DNA of 64,000 nt. Source: Scyliorhinus canicula. Lineage: Eukaryota. The stretch is taken from assembly GCF_902713615.1 (NCBI RefSeq), contig NC_052147.1, positions 141,921,885 to 141,985,884 of the forward strand. Reading direction: 5' to 3'. The notes under the pieces are model-generated. The model saw nothing but the letters and a program-made list of their open reading frames with translations. It was not told where the DNA came from and searched no databases. Positions within the stretch are counted from its first letter, which is position 1. Every line of letters starts with the position of its first letter. Positions 37,770 through 51,575 of the stretch are shown here, one piece after another. The translations under genes were made by a program, and so were the position numbers.

Positions 37770-37897
37770 TTTTAAAAAATAAATACATTTAGAGTACCCA
37801 ATTTTTTTTTCCAATTATGGGGCATGGCTAATCCACCTAACCTGCACATCTTTGGCTTGTGGGGGTGAAACCTACACAGACACGTGGAGAATGTGCA
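37770..37897 (-). mobile_element. 5'-truncated short V-SINE
   Basis: 15-bp TSD ttatatgcacattta. Confidence 0.85.
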
Positions 37898-38040
37898 ATT
37901 ATATGCACATTTAAACTTGGGTCTAATATCAAACCAGCATAAAACATGCAAGCAAACAGTGAACATCAGACTGGAATGTACTGAAAATTCACAATAGTTG
38001 AAAACAACTGAGCTTTTCTTGCAAGTCCAACTAAAAAAAA

Positions 38041-38776
38041 GGGATGGATTTTACAGTGGGGGCCAGCAATGGAGGGACCGGGAAGACACCCTGAATAAAA
38101 GACTCTTGGCAGCCCGCTGTCCCACTGCAATAATACGCCGAGGGAAACCTTATTGTTAGTGTGGGAATTGTGCCCTCAGGGACAGGACATCCCAGCCTTG
38201 AGAGCTGCTGGCTAATCTAACTGGCTGATAGCCCTGTTGTCTCAAAGCACCAGAAGGCAGTAGTGGAGCGGCCACTGATGGGACTAAAAGCAGTGCCCAG
38301 GAAGGAAGATGATGGGTGGGATTGACCGTCAGCAGGAAGGGAATCCAGTCCCCCCAAAAGCACCCCCCCACCTCCCCGCCCCAACAGTCGGCTCCCCAGA
38401 GGAGGGACGGGCAAACCACGCAAAACACCATCGACATCAGGGGGACCGGAAGGTCCCACCAGCAGCCAGTGGTGAGCTGCCTCTGCCATTGGAAAACACA
38501 CCATGGGGGGGCTGGAAAATTCCGTCCGATATCTTTTGGATTTGAAGGTTAATTGGGGCATTTTGGTTGGTCAGGCAAGACCTAGCGAGATGGGGGAGGT
38601 GGGGGCGCCCGTACAAAGGGAGGTGAAAGGTGGTTGGTGTTGTCTACGGGCAGAGGGAACGCCTTACTAAAATGGTGCAATGTCTCCTTCCTTCCCGTCA
38701 TCAGCCTGCGCTGTCAAAGCTGCTGGACTGACCACTTTCCTTTCGCCTTCCCCTCCAGGTTGAGAAATTTCAGCTG
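38041..38776. mobile_element. Old GC-rich MITE-like element
   Basis: Degenerate termini gggatggatttt / aaatttcagct around a GC-rich block. Confidence 0.45.
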
Positions 38777-40249
38777 AGGAGAAGATTGGATAAAATCATG
38801 GTTGATCTAATTGTGGTCTCAACTCTACTTTCCTGTCTACCCCTGAAACCAGTGTACCGTTATTAAATTTGATTTTTACTTTATAGCTGTTCTGCGTTTG
38901 TCATTGGTCCTGGAAGCTTGCTGTGTGTAAATTGGCTCTCGAAGTGGAATCACTGCAGAAAAGGAAATGCTTGGCTGTTAAGCATCTTGGGATGTGATGA
39001 AAGGTCTGACAGAAATGCAAATCTTTCTTTTTTTCTGGGAAGTTCAATTTACTGCTTGCACAAAGTTAATCCGACTACATATCTGAAATTTTAGCTGGAC
39101 CGCAGAATTAATATGAGGCACAATACCAGGCTGCTTGCAGAGAGCACCACTTTGCAATGCAGGTCCTTAAAGTCTCTCCCCTTCATGATATCTGCACTCA
39201 ACTGAATCTGGATTCTTGAGCATCCCCAGTTTTAAGGGCTTCACCTCTAGTGCCCACACTGACAGCTAGCTTTCAGAGGCCTTAGGCTCTGGAATCTCTC
39301 CCAAGACCTCTCAACCTTGCTCTCCTCCTTTACGAAACTCCTTGAAACTTACCTCTATCATTTGACCTAATATCTTTCATGTGGCTTGGTAGCATATTTT
39401 AATTTATAACACTCCTGTGAAGTGCTTTGGGATGTTCTTTTATGCTAAAGGCACTAAAAAAGTTGTTGTTAAAGCACCAACACTGATGGGCTTTTGTAGA
39501 ATAAAATTAATTACCAAGACTGCTTAAGCATGTGAATGCATAAATGTGAAATGGCAATACGTCCCCCCAAGTATGGACTCTTAAAGGTGCGTGACAAGAT
39601 ATGGATGCTCAGTCATTGAGTACATTCAAGTCAGAAAGGAGCTTTTCACAGTAACTTCATTGCAGTGTTAATCTATGCTTACTTGTGACAATAAAGATTA
39701 TTATTAGAAATTGACAGGCACAAAGGAATTGTGGGTTATGGGCATAATGCATGAAGGTGGTACTGAGGTGAAAGATCAGATCTAATCCTACTGAATGACA
39801 GAACAAGTTCAGAGAGCTGAATGACCTGTCCCAGATCCTATTTCTTATGCTTTTATGTAGATGTGCAGGTATGTTAACAATCTTTTCTTTTCCAAATCAA
39901 ATGATTAAGATACTACTGTGTGGAGCCACGTAAGGTCAAAAGGGAGCCAGATGGAGCCACATGGTGAGAGGAGAATCAATGAACCAAATTTTTCTGGTTG
40001 TGAGTATTGTCAACCAGGTTGGGCCACAAATTGTTTTAATAATTGCTGAAAATGGAAGCATCAACTCCTGCTTTCATCTGATTAAATGACAGTAATGGCC
40101 TTCAGAATAGTGGTATCAATGTTCTCATTTTTTATATTCATTGATCTTGTTAATTAGAGTGAAACAACAGTGCAACAAACATTGCATGCCGCATACACTA
40201 AGTTAACAGTAAGCATTACAATAAAGACAGAGCACATGGCACAGATTCA

Positions 40250-40420
40250 CTTAACAGCAAGTTTTTCAGGACTTGAGAGAGGAAATCGGAGCACCCAGAG
40301 GAAACCCACGCAGTCACAGGAAGAACATGCAGACTCCGCACAGTGACACAAGCGGGAATCGAACCCGGGACCCTGGTACTGTGAAGCAATAGTGCTAACA
40401 ACTGTTTCACCGTGCTGCCC
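40250..40420 (-). mobile_element. V-SINE 5' part
   Basis: Reverse head ccgtgctgccc and B box. Confidence 0.8.
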
Positions 40421-40429
40421 ATGAATAGA

Positions 40430-43125
40430 CAATGGTAAGCGATTCCACGGCGAATGCATCAGATCTCAGCTCTGCAGTCCTGCCACATGCAGCTGTGAAT
40501 CGTGGTGGACTATCAAACAACTGACTGGAGAAGGAGACTCCACAAATATCCCCATCCTCAATTATGGAGGATCCCAGCACATATGTGCAAAAGACAAGAC
40601 TGAGGCATTTGCAACAATCTTCAGCCAGAAGTGCCGAGTGGATGATCAATCTCGGTCTCCTCCAGAGGTCCCCAGTATCACAGATGTCAGTATCACGATT
40701 CACTCCACGTGATATCAAGAAATGATATCACCAGGGGCTGGTTTAGCACAGGGCTAAAACGATGGCTTTTAAAACAGACCAAGGCAGGCCAGCAGCACGG
40801 TTCAATTCCCGTACCAGCCTCCCCGAACAGGCGTCGGAATGTGGCGACTAGGGGCTTTTCACAGTAACTTCATTTGAAGCCAACTTGTGACAATAAGCGA
40901 TTTTCATTTCAAATGGCTGAAGGCACTGAATACTGAGAAAACTATGGGCCCTGACAATATCCCTTCAATAGTACTGAAGACTTGTGCCCCAGAACTTGCC
41001 GCACCCCTAGCCAAGCAGTTCCAGCACCGCTACAACACTGGCATCTACCCAGCAATGTGGAAAATTGACCAGGTGTGTCCTGTATGCAAGCAAGAGGACA
41101 AATCCAACCCAGCCAATTACTGCTCAATCAGGCTTCTCTCCATCATTAGCAAAGTGATGGACGGAGTCAACAACAGAGCTATCAAGCGACACTTACTCGC
41201 CAATAACCTGCTCACGGATGCTCAGTTTGGGTTCTGACAGGGTCACTCAGCTCCTGACCTTATTACAGCCTTGGTTCAAACATGGACAAAAGAGCTAAAT
41301 GCGAGAGGTTAGGTGAGAGTGACTGCCCTTGACATCAAGGCAGTATTCAACCAAGTATGGCATCAAGGAGCCCAAGCTAAACTGGAGTCAATGGGAACCA
41401 GGGGGAAAAACTCTCGGTTGGTTTGAGTGATACCTGGTACAAAGGAAGGTGGTTGTGGCGGTTGGAGGTCAATCATCTCAGCTCCAGGACATCACTGCAG
41501 GAGTTCCTCAGGGTAGTGTCATAGAACATAGAGCAGTACAGCACAGAACAGGCCCTTCAGCCCTCGATGTTGTGCCGAGCCATGATCACCCTACTCAAAC
41601 CCACATATCTACCCTATACCCGCAACCCAACAACCCCCCCTAACCCTACACTACGGGCAATTTAGCATGGCCAATCCACCTAACCCGCACATCTTTGGAC
41701 TGTGGGAGGAAACCGGAGAACCCGGAGGAAACCCACGCACACACGGGGAGGACGTGCAGACTCCACACAGACAGTGACCCAGCCGGGAATCGAACCTGGG
41801 ACCCTGGAGCTGTGAAGCATTGATGCTAACCACCATGCTACCGTGAGGCCCGTTTTTGTCCTAGGCTCAACCATCTTCAGCTATTTCATCAATGACTTCC
41901 GTTCCATCATACGATTAGAAATGGGGATGATTGCAGATGACTGCACTATTTGTGACTCCTCAGAATGAAGCAGTCCATGGCTAAATGCAGCAAGACCTGG
42001 ACAATATCCAGGCTTGGGCTGACAAGTGGCAAGTTACATTCGTGCCACACAAGTGCCAGGCAATGATCATCTCCTACAAGATAGGATCTAACCATTGGCC
42101 CTTGACAGTCAATGGCATTACCATCGCTGAATCCCCCACAGTCAACATCCTGAGAATTACTATTGATCAGAAACTGAACTGGAATAGCCATATTAATACT
42201 GTGACTACAAGGGCAGGTCAAAGACTAGAAATCCTACAGTGAGTAACTCACCTCCTGACCCCCCCAAAGACTGTCCACCATCATCAAGGCACAAGTCAAA
42301 AGTGTAATGGAATGCTCGCCATTTGCCTGGATAAGTGCAGCTCCAACAACATTCAAGAAGCTATCCAAGACAAAGCAGCCCACTTGATTGCTTATCCTTC
42401 CACAGACATTCAAACCCTCCACCACTGACGAACAGCGGCAGCCATGTGTACCATCTACAAGATGTACTGCAGTAACTCACCAAAGTTCCTTAGACAGCAC
42501 CTTCCAAACCCACAACCACTACCATTTAGAACATAGAACATACATTGCAGAAGGAGGCCATTCAGCCCATCGAGTCTGCACCAACCCACTCAAGCCCTCA
42601 CTTCCACCCTATCCCCGTAACTCAATAACTCAATAACTCCTCCTGAACATTTTGGTCACTAAGGGTAAATTATCATGGCCAATCCACCTAACCTGCACAT
42701 CTTTGGACTGTGGGAGGAAACCGAAGCACCTGGAGGAAACCCACGCAGACATGGAGAGAACGTGCAGACTCCGCAGACAGTGACCCAGTGGGGAATTGAG
42801 CCTGGGACCTTGCCCCTGTGAAGCCACAATGCTATCCACTTGTGCTACCGTGCTACCCCTGGCAAGCCATGAAGGACAAGAGCAGCAGATACCTGGGAAC
42901 CCCCACTACCTGGAGGTTCCCCTCCAAGTCACTCACCACCCTGACTTGAAAATATATCGCCTTTCCTTCGCTGTCGCTGGGGCAAAAGCTTGGAACTCCC
43001 TCCCTAGTACAGTGGGTGTACCTACACCTGAAGGCAGTTCAAGAAGGCAACTCACCACCACCTTCTGAAGGGTAACTAGGGCAATAAATCCTGGCCTAAC
43101 CAGCCATGCCCACATCTCGTAAATT
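40430..43125 (+). mobile_element. Second non-LTR retrotransposon family (RT), interrupted by SINEs at ~40734-40910, 41521-41850 and 42528-42858
   Basis: KTMGPDNIP, SNPANY..I.LLS, QFGF, ALDIK..F, AGVPQGSV, ADD, WADKWQVTF motifs; clade not assigned. Confidence 0.85.
41521..41850 (-). mobile_element. Young HE1 SINE
   Basis: Near-identical to 26452-26782; short TSD tgtc. Confidence 0.92.
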
Positions 43126-43604
43126 AATTTTTTTTTAAAGAGATAACCGATCAGATGCCCATTGGCTTGGTCAGAGATATATATTTAAAGGAGCAATACA
43201 AGGTGAGGCAGAGCGGTGTGAGTGGGAATAACAGAGTTTAGGGCCTGGGCAGCTGAAGCCATGACCACCAATGGTGGGGTGATTAAAATTGAGGATACTC
43301 AAGCAGCCACAATTAGACTTCAAAATCTCTCACATGGGCTACATCTAGAAAAAAACTTTTCTCTGGTTTACCTCAGAAATACATTTATGATTGCACCATT
43401 GCCATCATCTTCCAATTAACTCTAAGTGAGACTTTGGAACATTCTGATCAGGTGGACATCGCTCATATCAGTAACCATATTAGGCCAGTACTAACTGTAC
43501 CAGATTTGGTGAATTCATGAGCTGGAGATTTGCAACCAGCTGGGAACTGGTATAGTATCATTAGATCCTTGCAGAGCATGGTCTCCTGGTACAATGGGTC
43601 GCTA

Positions 43605-43890
43605 CCCTACCTCTGGCCAGAAATCCCCAGGTTTAAGTCCCACTTCAGGACTTGGATGGCCATGGAAGTTGCGTGTTCATAACACGGCCAACCGGGTGAA
43701 TTACCAGCCTGTAAATGCTCCCAATAACACCTGATGGCAGGCAGTAAGAGTGGCAGTGTTACCTGGTCGGTCATACGGTGAACAGCAATGGCAAACCACT
43801 GCAATACTTTGACAAATGTAATCATAGGCCAATCCAATAGACGTCCATAGTCGCCAATGCCCACTTAGGACATGGTACCTGGAGGGGGAG
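43605..43890 (+). mobile_element. Old tRNA-derived SINE with an RTE-like tail
   Basis: B-box-like ggtttaagtccc; body shared with 45740-45975; gcaatggcaaaccactgcaatactttg tail. Confidence 0.55.
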
Positions 43891-44029
43891 ACCCTTGTGT
43901 CTTGTATAATGAACTCAAATCCATAATAAGCATCAAATCAGAATGGAAATTTCAGGCTCCAACCCCTGAAGAATGATAAGGACTAGATGGTGATGATGAA
44001 TGGTTCTTCAGCAGTTATCAGTCTTCATA

Positions 44030-45224
44030 GGATCATTGAATCCCTACAGTGATGAAGGAGGCCATTCGACCCATCGAGTCTGCACCGACCCTTTGAAAGA
44101 GCACTCCACCCATGTCCACGCCTCTGTCCACCCCGCCTTGTCCCAATAACACCCCTGAACACGAAGGGGCAATTTAGCATGGCCAATCTACCTAACCTGC
44201 ACATCTCTGGTCTGTGGGCGGAAACGGGAGCACCAACAGGAAACCCACTCAGATATGGGGAGAACGTACAAACTCCACACTGTCACATAAGATGGCATTG
44301 AATAATAATAACAATAATAACCTTTTATTGTCACAAGTATGAAGTTACTGTGAAAAGCCCCGAGTCGCCACATTCCAGCGCCTGTTTGGATAAGCTGGTA
44401 CGGGAATTGAACCTACACTGCTGGCCTTGTTCTGCATCACAAACCAGCTATCTAGCCCACTAAGCTAAACCAGACCTTGACCCCAGGACCCTGGCGCTGT
44501 AAGGCAGCAGTGCTAACCACTGTAGCACAATGCCACCCAAACTTACAATTGCCATTTGGCCCAACTATTTTATTCTACACAGTCTCTCCCACTTTACTTC
44601 AAAAAACCTTAAAAATAATCTATTATTTTTTGTGCACTTGTCTCACTTCCCCATAAAAGCATCATGCTGTTCACATCATCTACTCCATATATGGCACGTA
44701 GCACAGTGATTAGCACTGTTGCTTCACAGCGCCAGGGTCCCAGGTTCGAATCCCGGCTTGGGTCACTGTCTCAGCAGAGTCTGCATGTTCTCCCTGTGTC
44801 TGTGTGGGTTTCCTCCGGGTGCTCCGGTTTCCTCCCACAAGTCCCGAAAGACGGGCTGTTAGGTAATTTGGATATTCTGAATTCTCCCTCTGTGTACCTG
44901 AACAGGTGCTGGAATATGGCGACTCGGAGCTTTTCACAGTAACTTCATTGCAGTGTTAACATAAGTCTACTTGTGACAATAAAAATTATTATTATTAAAA
45001 ATTTTTTTTTTTTAGAATATCCAATTCATTTTTTCCAATTAAGGGGCAATTTAACGTGGCCAATCCACCTAACCTGCACATCTTTGGGTTGTGGGGGTGA
45101 AACCCACGCAGACACGGGGAGAATGTGCAAACTCCTCACAGACAGTGACCCAGGGCCGGGATTCGAACCCGTGCCCTCAGCGCCGTAGGCAGCAATGCTA
45201 ACCACTGTGCCACCGTGCCGCCCC
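44030..45224. mobile_element. SINE cluster: HE1(-) with nested tRNA-SINE(-), V-SINE(+), short V-SINE(-)
   Basis: Four recognisable SINE bodies; the last has a TSD ataaaaattattatta. Confidence 0.8.
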
Positions 45225-45739
45225 ATAAAAATTATTATTACTATTATGCCAACATACACACCACACTTTTGAGTAAAGCCATTGCAGCTGAATTCATTAT
45301 TGGATTTACAAGTGACTATATTATATTTATGGCCCTAATCTTGGACTTCTTACATCTACTCCACTTGAATAATTTGAAAGTGCCATTTCAAATCATATCT
45401 GCTTGAAGTGTGCTTGGCTTAAGACTGCAGTGTCATCAACGTGGGCTGAAGACCAACTCAAATTCCAGAGGTATAGGAACCATATTCCATCTTACTGGTC
45501 AACCCACTTTATCAGTCTTGGTAGAGAGCATTGAAAATGAGTTTACAGCAAGCACAGGTCTACACACAGGACATTTGAAAGATTCCAATCGATTTTGATG
45601 CAGTTTGTATGACTTGCCAGCTGGAGAACTAGCAAAAGGTAATGGGGAAGGCTCTAATTCCAATTCTCTTCCTGCACTTAGTCGTGCACTAAAGCAAACA
45701 TTCATCTGTTTCCATAGCTAGCTATTCCTGGAACAGGTT

Positions 45740-45975
45740 GCTAGTCTGTTGTCAGGTGCTTACATCTTGAGGGGTGCCACTCCACATCAAACGTGGCTGA
45801 CCAGATGTGCCTCCCACTCTTACCGCCAGCCATTGGCGTTTTGGAAGGATTTTTGAAGGTTGACACACTCAACCTGTTTGGCCGCGTTATGCACCTTCCT
45901 TGGTCATCAAGTCCTGGGGTGGGATTTGAACCGAGCCTCTGACTCAGAGGCAGGAATGCTGCACACTGCGTCAAA
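45740..45975 (-). mobile_element. Old tRNA-derived SINE related to 43605-43890
   Basis: Minus strand gcctctgagtcagaggctcggttcaaatccc...ggcggtaagagtggg. Confidence 0.55.
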
Positions 45976-47049
45976 ATAACCTCCTGATAGCTTTAAATAT
46001 GATGATAAAATAAAATTCCAAACCAAGAAAAAGAAATCCAGGGAGGAGAAAGTGATGGATCATAATGCTCAAGTTGTGTGACTGAGATGTTTAAAAATTA
46101 TAGCACAGTAAAATTGATTGGATTCAACGACTTAAGATGCCTTTCAATTTCAAAGTACCATTGCTATGTATACAGTAAACTCAATGCCTAAAATTCTCAT
46201 ATTGTACACTTAAAAACACTTTAACTAATCCATATTGGGACTGAGAATTTGATGGTTGCTGCAATCTATTAAAGCAAGGAATTAAAATGTTTCAAATAAC
46301 ATTTTTACTTTAGACAATTCCAATGGATTCAATCCCTTAACATTTGCTACTAATTAATAAAATGTCAAAGACCTTCCCATTCACTTCAACTGGATATGAT
46401 TCCACGGAGCACAGTCACTGCACAGAATTGCTAATCCTAATTCAACGTCAGTACAAGTGCAAAATGGTACACTATCTTAATAATGAAAGCAAATTCTATG
46501 CCAAATTCTACTAAAGACAGCCAGAGCACACTCTGGAAGTCTAATCTCTTATGTAAAATATTTTTTGCTAAGTGCTTTTCATTATGTTTTGTTGCTGAAT
46601 AAGTGATTAAATGGGCTGCATTACAAAGACTTGCCATGTGGGCAAATGTAGTCCTGAGTTTGTAGAATCCCTGATCCAAGCATAACATTTTTTGGCAAAC
46701 GGTTTATGCTGTTAAGTCAGGATTTGACTGCATCAGCAAATTCTTCATTTAAGCAAGTGGTTACCCAAGGACCCTGATTTATTTCCAACTTCAGAGCTTA
46801 CGCAGCCATTATAGTTCACGGGATTCTGACAATGAGACTCTCTCTTGGTCCTTTTAACTGAATGCATACATTGAGTTTCCTTTGTCAATGCAAACAAGGT
46901 TGTTGATATTTTAGGAGTTCCATGCACACAGGCAACAAGCATTTGGTGCCACAAATTGCTGAGCCAAGACTAAGTGATTTGCATATGGAATAAATCGTCA
47001 ACCAAGCCATCAACTACCTAGGATGACGATTTATGAGGGGTCAATTTTT

Positions 47050-47630
47050 CTAATATTCATTCATGATGGGATGCTGGGCCAGCATTTATTGCCCATCCCT
47101 TGAGCTGAGTGGCTTGCAGGGCCAATTCAAAGGGGCAGTTAAGAGTCAATCACATTTCTGTGGATCTGAGTCACATCGAGGCCATGCCAGGTGAGGATGG
47201 CAGATTTCCTTCCTTAAAGGACATTAGTGAACCAGATGATTTCATGGTCATCATGAGACTTCTATTTCCAGCTTTATTGGAATCAGATTTTTTTTGGGGG
47301 GGGGGGGTTGATTTGAGGAGGTGACCAGGTGTGTAGATGATGGTCATTCAGTTGATGTATTCTACATGGACTTCAGAGAGGCTTTTGACAAGGTCTCGCA
47401 TTGGAGACTGGTCAAGAAGTTAAGAACCCATGGGATCCAGGGCAATTTGAGAAACTAGATCCAAAATTGGCTTACTGGCAGGAGGCAGAGGATGATGGTC
47501 AAAGGTTATTTTTATGACTGCAAACCTGTGTCCAGTGATGTTCCAGAGGGATCGGTGCCTAGTCCTTTGCTATTTCTACTGTACATTAATGATCTGGACT
47601 TGAATGTTGGAGGTATGATCAGTAAGTTCC
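47050..47630. mobile_element. 3' end of the second non-LTR family (-) followed by a CR1 RT fragment (+)
   Basis: ggccagcatttattgcccatccc; VFYMDFREAFDKV, DVPEGSV, YINDLD. Confidence 0.7.
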
Positions 47631-47639
47631 AGATTTTGA

Positions 47640-48278
47640 GCCTCCCTCAAAGGTAAATTCAGGGGGTGTGGTTTACACTGTCACTGTGGTGGGGCAGGGC
47701 CTGATAGAGCTGACAAGGCCACTCCACAGAGATCAGGGTGCCCTTTCCCCAATCAGGAGAGAAAATAGATACCCCACTCCCTCCCTCCACCACAAGCATC
47801 AGTATCGAGGCTCCTCATTCAAACAAACATAATGCAAATCCGACCCCCAATGAGGTTCCCCAGAGGGTCCACACTGGCATTGCCCTCTGGCACAGGTTGG
47901 CAGTGCCAACCTCGCAATGCCAACCTATGCCAATACTGTCGAGGCATCCCCCACCCTTCCGGGGGTTATACTTACCTTTGCACCCCGGGGCTGCACTCGA
48001 CTGAATCACGTTTTCTCAAGCCTGTTGTATACCTCGCTGACGTATGAATATTCAGTGAGGGGGGGGGGGGAATTATGCAGTAGGGGGCTCAGTAAGGATT
48101 TTAAAATGTATTAAAATGCATTTAAAAGAGGTGCACGTCCCCATTACGTTACAGGCGAGGGGTGTGGAAAATCGGAAAACGTAATCTCGCCAGCGAGAAT
48201 TGCCTTTTTCGATTCTCTCATGATTTTCCGCCCATACCACCATTCTCGCTGACAGCAACGCAAGCTCAAAATCGCTCA
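47640..48278. mobile_element. Non-autonomous DNA transposon remnant; related copy at 51160-51540
   Basis: Shared block gggygtggtt.ac.ctgtcact...cctgatagagctg...ctccacagagat. Confidence 0.55.
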
Positions 48279-48409
48279 CTGTGTATTGAGAATTCACTCA
48301 CAGAGTTTTTAAAAGTTGTAATCTTTTTCTATTTTCCTCATAAGAGGAATTGACAAAAAAAATCAACTGCAAAGATATAGCCACAATGTCACATCGAGAA
48401 ATGAAACCA

Positions 48410-48475
48410 GAGCAGGCCAGGTCAGGTGAGAGAAACAGAGTTAATGTTTCAAGTCAATGATCTTTTATCACTCGT
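48410..48475 (-). mobile_element. Degenerate Penelope pLTR/hammerhead remnant
   Basis: Minus strand gtgataa-aagatc-att-gactt-gaaa-catt-aactctgtttctctc, homologous to 28653-28788. Confidence 0.55.
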
Positions 48476-49680
48476 AGGTTGTCCAAAAGCTCATTAATGA
48501 TTTAATGTTAAAAACAGGAGGCTGTACCAATTTCAAAGACTGAATGATTTTGCAGAGTGTTTAGAAGTAATTATGGAACAGTGTTTGCTGTTCATATACC
48601 CAACAGGGTTATCAAAAGCTATCATAAAACTCAAGCATCAATGAGTTCCAGCCATAGAAAATTGCAACTGAAAATTTACCACAGAAAAAAAAAGTTTAAT
48701 TTTGTCTCACCTTTGACATAACCTATGGCAGGTTGTCTATTCCCCCACCCCCGCCCAGTTGAAGCCCACTCCTTGATATCTGTGGCTTTGAAGGGTTTGG
48801 TTGTGATCACAAATAGAGATAACATTGAACGAGAAACCGGTATCAAAAAATTCAGCATTGAACATGCTGCCAAACATTTGTTTCTTTAGTGTACAGTTTA
48901 ATTACATTTACCCCTTCATTAAAGCTCTACTGTGAGAGGCTCCATTAATCAGCATTACGTCAAACTACAAGAATTATGGTTGACATTATTTTGGCTTCTC
49001 TTCATTATATAACCAAGTAAAAGCAAAGGAAAATAGTAACCAAAAAACAGAAGGTTAGTGCAACCTAACTGGCATGTTTCGATATCCACCACCTATTGAT
49101 TCAATTAATCTAATTCTCCTCAAAATACTTCAACAGAGTCCATGGTTACTGCTCAAGGGCAACATGCCAGCTCTATGTGTCAATGACACCCAAGTGTGAA
49201 GATGTTACTCCTTAAAACATGTTTAACCATGGGCCTCTTCAATTTATCATCTCTTTCAGATTTAAAACACAAAATACCTCGCCACATATACTTTATCAAT
49301 TTGTTTCATTACTCTAAAAACTTGACTCATACCATCTCGTTATTATCTCCACTGAGAAAGAAGGTGTTCCTTGAAACCTTTTTTTACAAATGAAAATCAT
49401 AAAGACACCACTGCCTTCTCATGTGCAATAAAAATGCAAAGGAAATAGGAAGAATGCCCATGTTACAAGAATTAATTATTTTAAAAGAAATGAAATCCTT
49501 TGCGTTTTTGTTCTGAGTCCATCCCACAATCATTTTCTTGATGGTAGGTATTTTTAACATTTAGAGGCTGAAAAATTTCTCCCACACTTACAGATAACAT
49601 TTCTATCACATAATATCGGAGGGGGCTACGGAACAACACAAGTGTGCATTCAGCTGCGTAACACACAAATAACGCAAATG

Positions 49681-49998
49681 GGTGACATGGTAGCACAGTG
49701 GTTAGCACTGCTGCTTCACAGCGCCAGGGACCCAGGTTCGATTCCCGGCTTGGGTCACTGTCTGTGCAGAGTCTGCATATTCTACCCGTGTCTGCTTGTG
49801 TTTCCTTCGGGAGTTCCGGTTTCCTCCCACAAGTCCCGAAAGACGTGCTTGTTAGGTGAATTGGACATGCAGACTTTTCCCTCAATGTACCTGAACAGTT
49901 GCCGGAGTGTGACTATTCGGGGGGTTTCACAGTAACTTCATTGCAGTGTTAATGTAAGCCCTATCTGTGACACTAACAAAGATTATTATGATTATTAT
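49681..49998 (+). mobile_element. V-SINE (cagtaacttcattgc tail)
   Basis: Full head, V domain and gattatta tail. Confidence 0.88.
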
Positions 49999-50389
49999 TA
50001 CATTTTCAGTTTCCTTCCTCTCTGTCCTTCCTCGTTCTCCTTTAAACAAAAGGGAAAATCAAAAACTACGGACCATAAGTAGCTACTAATGAATCAAACA
50101 AGCTATTCAGAAGAAACTTTTTTCTGCAGAAACTTGCTACCACACATTGCAGTTAGGGTTGTCAATTGTGGCTTGAAGCATTCTTGGAGACATGATCATA
50201 CAACATTTAACCACACAGCATTCCATTATGCGTCACCATTCATGTGATGCTTAATCACAATATTTAATCATGTGACATCTACCCATGTTGCATTCTGTTT
50301 CAGTTTCTTCATATCACCAATCTATGATTGAACTATCTATCAGAGTCCACAGTGAGATGAGAAATCTAAGATGGAATTGTGAGAAGTTT

Positions 50390-51056
50390 GGCGTAGATTC
50401 AAAATCTACGTGATTGGCTTTTGGAATCTCCCCCCCCCCCCCCCCCAGTGGAGTAGTGCAAACCACACTGTGCAAGCCTGGAAAGCTTATTTTAATACAT
50501 TAGCATCTCATTAGCAAGCACTCTCTCCAGACCTTCATCCCTCACAGAATATTCACCAGGCACATAATGTGGGGCTGGCGGCTTCACCTCCGAAACGGAT
50601 ATTGGAGGTTAGTGCTCAGGCAGCCATGATTCCCCAGGATCTTCACTGCTCAGGATGCATGGGAGAAGACGTGGGGGACACAGATAATTTCAACTTGGGG
50701 CCCGGGGCAGGGGGTCAGTCACTCATTCTTGGGAGTATAGGATTTCCCAGCTCTGCTGCACACCTTCCAGGAATCTGGTCAGGGCTCCTTCCGTGAAATG
50801 TCGTGCTGGCTTTTGTGCTGCCATCGCTCGCTCTCACGGATCTGGTGGGGAAACGTTTATATGGAGCTCACCACTGATTGCAGTGATTAGACTCCCCGAG
50901 GAGAGCAAATCAGCGGGAGGGCGCCAAGAGTGCAGCGTGACTCTCGTGAAAGAAAAACCTTTCTTTAACAGGAGTAAGATTCCATGAGAAACCTCGCGAA
51001 CTCTGTTTTTCTTACTGGGACTAACATTTTGCTATTTTTTGTTAAGATTCTGGCCG
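50390..51056. mobile_element. Old GC-rich MITE-like element
   Basis: Degenerate termini ggcgtagattc / gattctggcc. Confidence 0.4.
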
Positions 51057-51575
51057 ATATTTTTTAAAAGTGACCGGCTCAGACTAAAAACAGGCATGCA
51101 GCTCTGCAGTTGCACAGCCCAGTTTTCGCTCTAGAGCTTGAGACTCTTTCAAGAAAAAAAATGAATGGGCGTGGTTCACGCTGTCACTCTGGCAGGGTGG
51201 AGCCTGATAGAGCTGGCACCCGGCTCCACAGAGATGAGGAGTGAACATCAACTTCCTCCCCTGCTTCCCCACCACTACAACGTAAATACCGCTAACATTC
51301 CGCCGTTCACTGCCCGCTCTCCCCCTGCCACCCCATCATCGAGCTCCCACTAGGGAACCCTCTCTGACACTGCTCCCCTGACACTGGTTGGAGTGCCAAC
51401 CTGGCAGAGCAAATCTGTGCCAGAGGGCTGTGCCACATATCTCTGCGCTCATGGGATATACTTACCTTTGGGCCCCGGAGGGATCCCCACGACAACTCAT
51501 TTTTAAAACGCTGCTGTAAATCTCGCCATATTTTGTGAGGAGGGGGCCTGTGAATAATATTATAATTTACGAGCA

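Noticed and set aside
41651-41836. Repeated 61-aa ORF MVVSINASQLQGPRFDSR... (also near 26470 and 62295)
   Set aside because: Incidental translation of young HE1 SINE copies.
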